Shown here: one piece after another, positions 1-11,440 of the stretch
Layout: every line of letters begins with the position of its first letter
Numbering within the stretch: the first letter of the stretch is position 1
Assembly (NCBI GenBank): GCA_035084275.1
Contig: CM068743.1
Location: 47,802,001-47,866,000 of the forward strand
From: Hydrolagus colliei
Taxonomy: Eukaryota
Reading direction: 5' to 3'
Length of the DNA: 64,000 bases
Program-made: the position numbers and the translations under genes
Notes under the pieces: generated by a model
Seen by the model: only the letters and a program-made list of their open reading frames with translations
The model's database searches: none
What the model was told of the DNA's origin: nothing

Positions 1-270
1 TGTGTTCGAAATCAGGCAGGTCAGGACAAAACTTGAGCAAGTTTCCTCACTCCACAAGCCTAATAATAATCTGTCCAAAAAAAAACCAATAATAAAATTG
101 GTCATTTCAATCCATGACTGTTTGTGGGACACTGCTGTGCACAATTGGTTGGAATGTTTTGCCCACAAATATACAATCAAATCACTTTACTATATATCTG
201 TGAAGCGGTTTGAGATGTTGATAAGATGTGAAAAGTGCTATATCAAATGCTAGGATTATTATTATTATTA
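1..270 (+). mobile_element. tRNA-derived SINE (dominant family), cut by window edge
   Basis: B-box GTTCGAAATC; body CTGTTTGTGGGACACTGCTGTG; tail TATCAAATGC..GGA(TTA)n. Confidence 0.9.
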
Positions 271-1004
271 AATTCAAACTGTATAAACAAATGCTTGTAA
301 AAAAATATGGCACACCAATGAATTGCTGCTGAATTGTTGGAAATGCTGAATTTTTGGAGGTGCTGTCCTTCAAATGAAATGTTAAGCCAAGGCTTTGTGT
401 GCTGTTCAGGTGCCTGTTAAATGCACTATTCAAAAAAGAGAAGGGGTTTCTCCCACTGTCCTGGTCAACAACCCTCTAAATAAAATTGTAAATTCACTGT
501 ATCGTTGCTCTCAATACCACATCTCTAGGGGACTTTTAGTGAAGAAGGTTCCTTTTCACCTGACTCAGGTAATCTTTTATGGTGAATCCATTCCAGAGCA
601 TGATTAATTGTTTTAAAAGGCGTTTGGAATTTTTTTTTGGCGGGGGAGTTTTTTTTTAACCATTCATCTGGAGATCTTTAGATAGCTCTCAATACTGGGC
701 CTAATCCATTTAGATTTGTTGAATTGAGTGTAACATGTGATGTTTCTTCATTACTGAAGGTAAACACGCTCAATCAGGAGCCAGTATTATTTTTGTGAAA
801 TGATTGATGAGCTGAAGCACGATCAATAAATGAAAATAGAAGTTGGTAGATGTAAAAATTCCCCAATGTATTGTAACCCTGACTGCAGAAAAGATAAAAG
901 GCTTGAGGTTCACTCGCGTTCATTAATCATAACATTGCTGCTGGGCAGTTAATCTAAACTGATTAATTTCATAAATGTATGGAGTTAACCTGCCTAAATG
1001 TGTA

Positions 1005-1192
1005 GAGTCCTGTAGCTCAGTGGTTAGAGTACTCGACTTACAAGCGTGAGACCTATGTTTTGAATCCAGGCAAGTCAGGGTGAAACCTTGGGCAAGTTTC
1101 CTTACTCCACACTCCTAATAATAATCTGTCCAAAAAAACCCAATAATAAATTGGTCATTTCAATCCACAACTGTTTGTGGGACAATGTTGTG
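1005..1192 (+). mobile_element. Dominant SINE, 5' half
   Basis: Head GAGTCCTGTAGCTCAGTGGTTAGAG. Confidence 0.85.
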
Positions 1193-1545
1193 TCCTGCAT
1201 AGAAACAGAGGCATTCAGACCAGGCATTACTACTGACCTCACTTTCTCCTGGTTAAAATCAGACGAAGGTGTTGCTCCTGATTATCATCAAGTGCCCACC
1301 TCCTCTCCCCCCATTAATGAAACATGCACATATATGGACAATTGGATAGGGAAGGGTTAGGTTTGCCTGTAATGTCCTCACAATCAAGTGGTCTGGTGAC
1401 TGACGATCTATGTCCATGCTCAGAAACATTAAAAATAATCATTTGGACAAATCACTGGTTCAGACAGACAGACAGACAGTGAACCCAAGCATGAGTAATC
1501 ATTGGTACATTACAGCAAAAGAGGGAAACCAGTGGAGCAGTCACT

Positions 1546-1850
1546 AATAACAATAATAAAAATAATTCCTGCATTTGGTATAGTGCTTTATATATCAGGA
1601 AGATGTCCCAAAACAGTTCAAAGAATATATTGTAAAGACAAGTCACTGTGTATTTTGCGGGCGAACGCAGCAGCAAAGATGCGTTCAAAGGTTGCAGCAA
1701 ACAGCCTTGAATTGAATGACCATTTTGTTTCTGTGGGTGGGGGCATGGCTGGCCAGGATACCTAGAGAAACTCCCTTGTCTTTTCAAATAATCCCACGGG
1801 ATCTTTAACGTTCACCTGAGTGGGCAGACGGTTTAACGTCTCATCCAAAG
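1546..1850 (-). mobile_element. Deu-domain SINE (SacSINE1-like), 3' part
   Basis: GGGATCTTTAACGTTCACCTGAG..CGGTTTAACGTCTCATCC is the reverse Deu core. Confidence 0.75.
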
Positions 1851-1862
1851 TACAATAAAATA

Positions 1863-2075
1863 CAGTAAAAGCCCATTTATCCGGCACCCTCAGGACCTGG
1901 CCAATGCCGATTAAAGCGACTGCTGGATGTTCGGCCAAAACGCAAAAAAACAATAAAAAATTTCAATGCATTTTTCCTGATATATTCCGGTTAATCGAAT
2001 CCGGACCTTTTTTTTGCGATGCCGGTTATACGGAAATTACAGTTGATCAGGTGCCAGATAAATGGGCTTTTACTG
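1863..2075. mobile_element. Tc1/mariner-pogo (Tigger-type) MITE, 213 bp
   Basis: TA flanks at 1861-62 and 2076-77. 26-bp TIR CAGTAAAAGCCCATTTATCCGGCACC / GGTGCCAGATAAATGGGCTTTTACTG (1 mismatch). Confidence 0.9.
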
Positions 2076-2097
2076 TAATATGTAAATAGTGCATCAG

Positions 2098-2417
2098 ATA
2101 ATAATAATCTTTGCATTTGATATAGTGTCTTATCATATCTTCCAGACATCCCAATGCTCATCACAGACTATACACAGAATCACAGAATATACTGTAAACC
2201 ATACTGTGTATTTTGAGAGCGAAACGCGGCAGCCAATTTCGCACAGCAATTTCTCGCAAACAGTCGTGGATTGAAATTACCAATTAATTATTTTTTGAAT
2301 TGATTGTTATTAGGCGTGTAGAGTTAGGAAAGTTGCCCAAAGTTTCACCATGCTTGGAATTGAAACCAGGTATTTTGCTTGTGAGGTGAGTGCTCTAATC
2401 ACTGAGCAACAGGACTC
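2098..2417 (-). mobile_element. Dominant SINE, full length
   Basis: Reverse complement of head and (TTA)n tail. Confidence 0.85.
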
Positions 2418-2469
2418 ATACTCCACTGCCTTGTTTCAAAGGCAGTGGGGTATGACGATTTATTGTTTT

Positions 2470-4030
2470 ACAATACAATATACAAAATTACATTTCTATA
2501 GCGCATTTAACTTTGGGAGCATGTCCCAAGGGTTTGGACAGTCACGGTTCTGGATCTGAGCAGGTGTGTTGGGAGCATGATAGTGGAGGGAGTAGGAGGG
2601 TAGCTGAAGGAGCTGCCAAAAACGAGTATATTGATACATGGGGGCAGAGATGCTGAAGGCCTGACACTGAAGGTGGGGCGAACGGGTAGGGGATTTGAAG
2701 CTGGCTAGAGCCTGCTGAGCAGAGGGAGCAGACAGGTTGGTACAGTATTAGCAGGTCACAGAAGTAGGAAGGAGCAAGGCCGTGGGGGGCCTTGAAGGCA
2801 AGGCATCCTCTTGGGGATGGGGAGTCAGTGAACCTGTGCAAGGCTGGGAGTGATTGGGTCATGGAGCCTGCTGAGGAAGATGACACAAGCTGCAGAATTG
2901 TGGATGATCTGCAGCTTGTGGAGGGAAGAGATGGGAAGCAAGGAGTTGGCATGGCTGAGCCTAGATGTGATGAATGTGTGGATGAGAATTTCGGTGGCCT
3001 GAGGGTTGAGGCAGTGGCAGAGCTGGACAATGTTGTGGAGGTGGGGGAAGGCAGAGCAGCTCATGGCATGGATGTGCAGTAGAAAGGACAGTTGAGGACT
3101 AAACAAAGCATCAAGGTTCCAGACTTACTCAGTGAGGTGGAATGTGCATCCCTGGATGGTGTTGCTGCTTGCGCCTGAGGTGTGGAGGCGCTGACTGAAG
3201 CCATTCAAGAGGGCCTCAGTATTGTTGATGGTACAATTATGGAAAGTTAGCTCTCATCCAGGAATTGATGTCCAACAGACATTCTGTCTGGATAGCAGTG
3301 CCACTGGAGTAGATGGAAGAGGCAGAGAGATATAGTTCTGTGTCGTCCTCATGCATGTTGCGGATGATGTCGCCAAGAGGAGAGGATCAAGTAGGGGGCC
3401 CTGAAGAATACCACACGAGATTTTACAGAGGCTGAAGGAGAAGTCTTTTGCGAGGAGACAAAGTGGAGGCGGTGTGAGAGATAAGATCGGAATCACTTGG
3501 TGCGGGGGCTAGATAAAAAGCTGGTTGTGACAAAGTGGAGCCGATGTGACAGAGAAGATCTAAACTATTCAATGACAGAATCATGAAGATTAAGGTGAAA
3601 GCAGAAGCAATGGAGGAGGATAGAATGGTCAGTGGTATGAAGGGCAGCAGAGACGTTAAGAAGGACAAGAAGACAGAGGGAACTCTGGTCACAGGTGGAC
3701 AGAATGTCATTTGTCACATTGACCAAGACTGCTTCTGTGCTGTGGGCAGCAGAAACACGATTATAGAGGGGTTCGTATTGTGAGTGGCAGGAGAGAAAGG
3801 AGCGAAGCTGGGATCATTCAAGGACCTTGGAAAGGATAGGGAGGTTAGAGATGGGTGGTAATTTGAGAGCAGGGATGGGCCCAGGGAAGAGTGGAAATGT
3901 CAGAGAGAAAGGTGGGGAGGTTTGAGGGATAATTAATAAGGAGAATTTTGAGGGAAAGTTTGGAGGGATGTTAGAGGTAAGGATCTCTTAGATGAGGCAA
4001 TGAGCTGGAGGAGTAAGGATGTAAGGAGTA
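2470..4030 (-). mobile_element. L2-clade LINE, decayed 3' part
   Basis: ATEILIHTFITSRLSHANSLL..LHKLQIIHNSAAC, GILQGPLLDPLL (decayed GVPQGSVLGPLL), FKAPHGLAPSY; L2-type tail near 2470-2540. Confidence 0.85.
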
Positions 4031-4984
4031 AGCCATGTTTTATTTCATAAAAGTAAATTTTATTGAAATAAAACATTTTTTAGATAAAATGCTAACATGA
4101 GATATTTTTCATACCACTTTGCTGTAAAGCACAAAATGGCTATAAGAATTCCATGGTTCATTCACGTTCAATATATTTCCTTACAAATGGGATAAAAAAA
4201 TCTCTCCCAGGAGTACATCTGCTGTAAATATGCATCAAATTATTGTTTTAATGTTGTCTTTTTAGCTGCATGGTGCCTAAGAAAGAAAATAAATTGCTTG
4301 AACATGTCAGTCTATTTGGGCTTTTTTAAACAGGACACAGAACCCAGTCAGTCCTTTCATTACATTACTCATGCTTCTCTACAGTTAATAACTGGAAATG
4401 CTCCACTGCTACAGCTGATGTGTTTAGACCACCTGTGTTGCCATGACATCTTCTTGCTGTTGAGAGTTATTATGTCACAATGGGCTCGTACTTCCTAACA
4501 TAATATTGGTTTCATTACTTGAAGGGAATTGCCACTTTTAATAGAGTTTGAAAACAAATCATTTCCAATGCCTCTTCCCTTAGGGTGGTGTTCCTGTTTG
4601 GCCCTATCAAATGGCAGTATTTTGCCTCCTGCAAATCCCTCGTCCCCTCCATTCCAGTAGTGGCAGTGGTTTAGCCACTATGCCCCGAGATTCTGGACAT
4701 TGCTGCCTCGATCCTTCCACCTTTCCCCCTCCTTGGCTGTCTTCAGATCAAACCTCGAGATCTTTGGCTTTGATCATGCCTATGGTCAGCTCCCCTCTCT
4801 TGCTTGCTCGGGTGTCATACTCCGTTACTTTTAAACATTCTGATGCTACAGTTCACCAATGAAGGACAACAATAATAATTCTTGATTTGATATTATCACA
4901 TCTTTGCTATGTCTCAAAGCATTGCACAAGATATATTGTAATAATAATGTTCATTTGATATAGCACCTTATATAGTGCCTTGAG

Positions 4985-5287
4985 GAGTCCTGTAGCTCAG
5001 TACTTAGAGCACTTGTCTTACAAGCAAGTGACCTGGGTTTGATTCGATGCTAGGGTGAAATATTGGGTAAGTTTCCTTACTCCACACACCTGATCAGAAT
5101 CCCACAAAAAAAATTGTTCATTTCAACCCAAGACTGTTTGTGAGACACTGCTGTGTACAATTGGCTGCCGCATTTTGCCCACAAATATACAGTCAAGTTA
5201 CTTTACAGTATCTTCTGTGTAGCGCTTAGCAATGTCTAGAAGAAATGATAAGATGCTATATCAAAAACAAGGATTGTTACTATTGTT
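4985..5287 (+). mobile_element. Dominant SINE nested in an antisense SINE (~4940-5465)
   Basis: Host tail TTTGATATAGCACCTT resumes as ATCACATCTTCGAGACATCTC after the insert. Confidence 0.85.
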
Positions 5288-7442
5288 ATCACATCTTCGA
5301 GACATCTCAAAGCACTTAATAGGATATACTGCAGTGAATTGATTGCATATTTTGTGGGCGTAACACGGCGCACAGCAGAGTTCCATAAAGAGTCATGGAT
5401 TGAAGTGACCAAATTATTATTATTCATTTTAGGAGGGATTATTACCCCTGAAAACAATCTGCCACACTACATAAATGCAAGTTGCTGTAGTTGCAGTATC
5501 AACAGATCACTCGCAGTTTTTATAAAGTCTGTCGTGCATGGGATGTGGTCAGAACTGTTTTGTTGGCCACAAAGCCTTTTCTAAATCCAGGTCTTTCTTA
5601 TTTTCTCACTATCTCACTATCTGAGTCCGAACATGCATAAGGGGACAATGTGCTAACTATCACTGGAAAGCTAAACAACTTGAACATTGTTGAAAATAGT
5701 TATCACCAAGGCAATAGATAATTCTTCAATAAGTTGATGATGTAACTAAACTAGTGGTTTAGTACTTTCTGCTTTCTACTTTCTAAAGTAGTGCTTTCTG
5801 CTTCCATAACTTTGGTCATTCACTTCACGGCTGTTTGTGAGACATTACCGTGTGATCACTGACACTTGCATTTGCCTACAAATACATTCATTGCACTTCG
5901 CTAACATACCCTTCACAAAATATTGTGTGAAGCACTTTGCGATGTCTGAATGATGCGATAAGGTGACATTATCATAATCAAGGATTATTATTATTTACAG
6001 AAAAGAAGCCATAGAAATGTAAATTGTTGTAGTGAGGCCCTTTAAGACATTTCAACATTATAAGGCACTATTTTCAAATGAAAGGATTACGATATATTTT
6101 GCTCAGTATTTTAGAATTTGACTGAAAAAGACTGAATTAAATTTGTCTGTAATATTTGAATATTGTTTGTTCTATAGAAGTAGATAAATAGGTCATTTTA
6201 CAATCTCCTTTCACCGGTTATGAAATTGATGTTAGAAATTGATTGGCTGTAGTGTGAGGATACATATTATACATACAAGATGCATTGCCACCAATTGAAA
6301 TCAATACACCTACTTTAATTGTGTCTGTTTAATCTGAGCAAATTGGATAGATACTTCAGGCACATGTTTATTCCTAGTTACAGACTTCCACAGGAATACT
6401 AAAGGATTAGATGTAACCAGCTAACTGGAATAAGCTTAATAATCAACATTTTACTTAAAAATGCCAAATATTTTGAAACATTGGGAGTAATTCCATTGTT
6501 GTAACATTAACTTACTAAAATAAATAACATAATTGTATAAAAATAAACATTTGAATAACATTACCTTGTTTGATTTATCCCTATTCATTTACTTGTACAG
6601 TACTGTCTGCTGCTTGTTTTACTTCTTTCTATCCATTCTACAATTGAAAGCCCATCTTCCACTATACAAGTTGGAAGCGAGGGTAGCAGGTGAGGGGCTA
6701 TTTTTGAAGACTTACTATCATTAGGAAATCAACTTTACAGGCTGTTTTTATGGGGCTGGAAAAAGGAGGGAGGAAATAAAATAATTTTGTTTCTCAAGTG
6801 CTGGCAATAGCAGCTCTTTCAAAGCCTTAACTTGGACATCCCAGTTGAAACTTATGGAGGCAAGAGCTGAAATGAGGACAGAGAAGGCTATCTGCCCTGA
6901 TGGTATCCTTGCTTCTTAAGTCTGTGTGATTTGCTGATTAGAAGGTATGTGCTCCTTGTGGAACCAGTCCTTGTCCCAGTTCAGTAATTTGATTAGTGTG
7001 TTCTCTGAACTCTTCAGCTATCAGGAAATCATCACTCTGAGATAACTGTGTGTTTTTGTCCTAAGCTGTCACTGCTGCAAAGATTTCTACCACTTAACAC
7101 CGGTGATTAACTTTTTTCAAGAGTTTTATTACTGATCATAAATCTTCAGACACATAAACCTGCTGTCACACCCAGAGCAGCTGGCAGCAGCAATAACACA
7201 TGAGACAGGAAAACTGCAGCCTGGAAAACTCATGGTGATTCTTCTCCCTCCTCTGAGAGACCTCCCAGTCCAGTACTCTTGTGTCCAGAGTAGTACTCAC
7301 ATGTTTCCATTTGAAAATTCCTCTCGTGGATCATTCAAACAATTACTCCAAATTAAAGCATGAGAAAATGTATTTTCTCCCTTAAAAGGATGTGTCGTGC
7401 TTTCTCCTCCAGCACCAAGGAGAGTAACAAGTGGGTTGCAAC

Positions 7443-8389
7443 TGGGGTCCGGCGATATATCGATATATCGCTGAAACCCGATATAATTTTCATATTGATA
7501 CGCCGATATCGGCATTTAAAAAATATCGATATATCAAAAAATCTATATATCGAGGTAAAAAAATCAGAATGCGCGTACACTGAACTACAAGACCCAGAAT
7601 GCTCATCTCTATACACAATGCATAGACCGAGGTGCAAAGCCGCCATATTGTATTCATAGTCCTCGAATACAATATACAGGTATGCAAGGGGTGGGGGGGG
7701 AGAAAAGGCTGGAGGGGGGGCGGTGGGGAGAGAGACTGCTGGGGGTGGCGGTGGGTGAGAGACGGCTGGGGGTGGGGTGGGCGGGAGAGAGACGGCTGGG
7801 GGTGGGGTGGGCGGGAGAGAGACGGCTGGGGGGCGGAGGAGAGAGAGACGGCTGGGTGGGGGGAGGGGGAAAGAGATGGCTGGGGGGCTCGGGGGGGAGA
7901 GGGACAGTGGTGGGGTGGGGAGGGAGAGCGAGATGGCTTGCGGGGGTGTGAGGGGGAGAGAGACAGCTGGGAGGGTGGGTGGGGAGAGAGACGTCCTGTG
8001 GGGGGGGGGGTGGGGAGAGAGACGGCGGGGGGGTGGGGGGAGAGACGGCGGGGGGGGGGGGGGGGCGGTGGGGGGAGAGACGGGGTGGATGTCATAATAT
8101 ACAGATAGATAAAGATGGGGGGCATGTGAGAGAGACACAGAGACACAGACAGAAAAACACAGAGATGGAGAGAATGAGAGACACAGAGAGAGAAAGATAT
8201 TTACCTTCTGAGGAGATAGGCCCGGAACACGCGCGCACCCGGAACGCGCGTGCACCCCGAATGCGCGCGCACTCCAAATGCGCGCACATGCGCAGTACGA
8301 AAAACCCGGAAATATAAATATTTCGGTATATCTCGATATGAGCCCATCGATATATCTAAATCGGAAAATTTCCATATTGACGGACCCTA
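7443..8389. mobile_element. Non-autonomous hAT DNA transposon (947 bp)
   Basis: 8-bp TSD GTTGCAAC at 7435-7442 and 8390-8397. Imperfect 16-bp TIRs TGGGGTCCGGCGATAT / ATATTGACGGACCCTA (13/16). Many subterminal CGATAT/ATATCG motifs; CpG-rich. Confidence 0.9.
7687..8087 (+). repeat. G-rich ~30-bp minisatellite (GGGAGAGAGACGGCTGGGGGTGGGGTGGGC-like), G-quadruplex potential
   Basis: About 13 degenerate units, with dense runs of 3 or more G, inside the hAT element. Confidence 0.85.
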
Positions 8390-9205
8390 GTTGCAACTAT
8401 CTTGTTAATGAATATCTGCCAACAACAACAACAACAACACACTTTGGGAGGGATCAGTGAAGGTTGTAAATCAAATATTGGCTCAAGGAAGAAACGTAAC
8501 AATAGTGAACTTTCCACTTTTTACAAAAGATCAAACGAATTTTAAAATAATTGGACAAGCACATGCAAATAAAGGATATTTGAGATTGGGAGTAAGAGTA
8601 GGGAATTGGTTGAATCATTTCTTCGAGGAGCAAGCACAGACATGAGCAAATAGGCCGGATGCCCCCCTATAATGTCATATGGTTTTGTAGTTTTACTTTA
8701 AAAAGGCCAATTTGGATTTAAACATGAAGTAATGTATTTAGCTGCAAATTGATATTCACTGCTAATTGCACATTCAAAATAAGACCATGAAAGGCTGTTC
8801 TCTGGAAGCACGTTAATGGATTATCAGGTATATCTCCAGTTGAAAGAAAGGAGAAAATCAAGCTATGATCAGAATTGGAAAAAATGAAGAGACAAGAACT
8901 GTAGCGTGCACAAAATCTAAAGAGGAGGTGGACTTGGCCAGGGTTTGAACACAGTCAGTATATTCTGACGAGAGGCTGATTGTTCAAATCAACAGGCAGA
9001 CCTTATCCTTCCAAATGGAAGTGTTATTATTTCTCCAAGGGAAATGAAAGGCATTTGATGTTTATTCCTCAATGTGCAGCTCTGGTTGCATGTGGCAGTA
9101 TGTGACAGAACTTGCAACCAAGTCTAATCGTAAAATATTCTCTGATTTGGAAGAAGGTACTTAGAGCATTTAGCAAACTATTAAAAGCACTTAGAGCTAA
9201 TCTCA

Positions 9206-9560
9206 GACTCCTGTAGCTCAGTAGTTGAAGCTCTCACCTGCAAGCTTGGGTTTGATTCCCGGCAAGGTGAAATGTTGGGCAAGTTTCCTTACTCTACATG
9301 CCTCTGTTTACCCAGCTGTAAATAGTTGTTAGTTGATTTGTGGATCACTTTACTGAGGGTAATGATTGTTTTGAAAAAAATAAATAAATTGGTCACTCAA
9401 TCCATGACTGTTTGTGGGACACTGCTGTGCGCAATTGGCTCCCATAATTTGCCCACAAAATATACAGTCAATTCACTTTACAGTGTATCCAGTGTATCCT
9501 TTGGGACATCTTGAAGATTTGATGAGGTATTATATCAAATGCAAGGATTGTTATTATTAT
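9206..9560 (+). mobile_element. Dominant SINE, long subtype
   Basis: Has the extra CTCTGTTTACCCAGCTGTAAATAG segment. Confidence 0.85.
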
Positions 9561-10812
9561 TTTATGCTACTGATTGACCATGTGTATATCAGGCTGTATT
9601 GGGCCCAACTGATGGACAATTAAACCATAATTCACTGAAATGAATTATGAAGCTGGTATTGAGTCTCTTTGCCTCAGCCCTTCTCCTTCCCTCCTGGATT
9701 TTCAGTTGCTTCCCTAACCCCAATAATTTCGTAGCTCCCCTTTCACTTTCTGGAGCTTTCAGACTTCTGTTGTGCAGTTAAACTGCTGGGAGGTTAAGGA
9801 TTATTACTATTATTCTAAAGCACAAGATGGCATGGGATCATCCGGAGAAGTCTTATCTATATTAGTGCAAGGATTGTGGAGATAATCAATAATAATGTCT
9901 AAAATATCCCATTATAAACATTGTAAAATCCCAAAGCATTTTACTTGGAGGCTTGATCCAATCCTTATAAATTGTGTGGGCTGAGCTATAAATTCCAAAT
10001 AACTCTTTTTAAAGCATCTTTTCGCAGGACATAATAAGATTCTATAGGAAGATGTTTAAATCTTTTGAGTTATCATGTTGCTGAGAAGTATTCTTGTATG
10101 GTATTGAACAAACTGTACCATTGTTCTTGGTTCATGGCTTGTGCTTTGATCATTTTGCTGCAGCCCATGCAGCCTGATTTTATGTTTAGTCTGGATGATT
10201 AAGAGAACAGATTTATATTATCAAGGTCAAATAATAAGTTCAAACTAAGGAGTTTAAACAACTCTAATTAATTTATAAAACAAGTGAAGATTATTCCTAC
10301 ACTAAATATTTGAATTACACTTGTGCTTAACTCACTGCAGTTAAGACTGTACAACAGCTTTGTTTTCTATGGTAAACCTTAAGTCAACTCTGCACGGAGG
10401 AATTCTTTTTTTATCCATTCAATTGCAGCACTTTGCATCAAGCAGATTGGTCAAAGCTTTGGATTCTGACGTCCAAAATATTGTCTTGTCCTTCAGAAAA
10501 ACAGTTTCTAAATTAATTACACTGTAAAATGTAGTAGTGGCTGTAATTTCAAGGTGAATGTGACAGCCAATTTGCCACAGTAATGACCCACAAACAGCCT
10601 AATAATAATCCTTGCATTTGATATAGTGTTTCTCACATCTTCTGATTCACTGCAATATATCCCTTTAAGTGGTTTGAGACATCTCAAAGACGTGATTGTA
10701 ATAATAATCCTGCATTTGATATAACACCTTATCATGTCTTCTCGCCGTCTCAAAGTGCTTCACAGAACATACTGTAAAGTGAACCGACTATATTTGGTAA
10801 AAGTGAGTAAAA

Positions 10813-11108
10813 GTGAGTTAAAGCACTCACCATGCAGGTGAGAGACCTGGGTTAAATTCCAGACAGGGCAAAACCTTGGGCAACTCTCCTTACTCCAAAT
10901 GCCTGATAATAATCCCTCAGAAAAAAAAGCAATAATAAATTGGTCATTTTAATCCACGACAGTTTATGGGACACTACTGTGTGCAATTGGCTGCTGCATT
11001 TTACCCACAAATATAGAGTCAGTTCACTTTATAGTATGTTCTGTGAAGCACTTTGAGACGTCCAGAAGACATGATAAGGTGCAATATCAAATGCATGATT
11101 ATTATTAC
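10813..11108 (+). mobile_element. Dominant SINE
   Basis: Family body and tail. Confidence 0.85.
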
Positions 11109-11199
11109 AATCACGTCTTTGAGATGTCTCAAACCACTTAAAGGGATATATTGCAGTGAACGACAGGACTCCACTTGAAATAAATTAATAATTTTATTT

Positions 11200-11440
11200 G
11201 GGGGACTTTGGGCCAGGACACTGAAAAATTCTGTCTCTTTTTGAATATTCAATGGGATCTTTAATATCCACTTGAACAGACAGACCAGACTTCAGTTCAA
11301 CATCTCATCAGAAGAACGCCACCACCAATAATGCAAAGTTTGCCCTGCAATATTTTACACTATCAGCCTAGACTGGGGGTTCAAAGGGGTGGGAACCGAC
11401 AATCCCTTGACTCAGAAGCAAGAGTTCTACCAAATGATTA
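11200..11440 (-). mobile_element. Deu-domain SINE
   Basis: Reverse Deu core and tRNA head (GACTCAGAAGCAAGAGTTCTACC). Confidence 0.7.

Noticed and set aside
1005-1080. tRNA-like sequences here and at other SINE heads
   Set aside because: They continue into SINE bodies and lack a proper acceptor stem; not tRNA genes.
7353-8396. 347-aa proline-rich ORF and overlapping Gly/Arg-rich ORFs
   Set aside because: Produced by the stop-poor G/C minisatellite inside the hAT element; non-ATG start; open in most frames.
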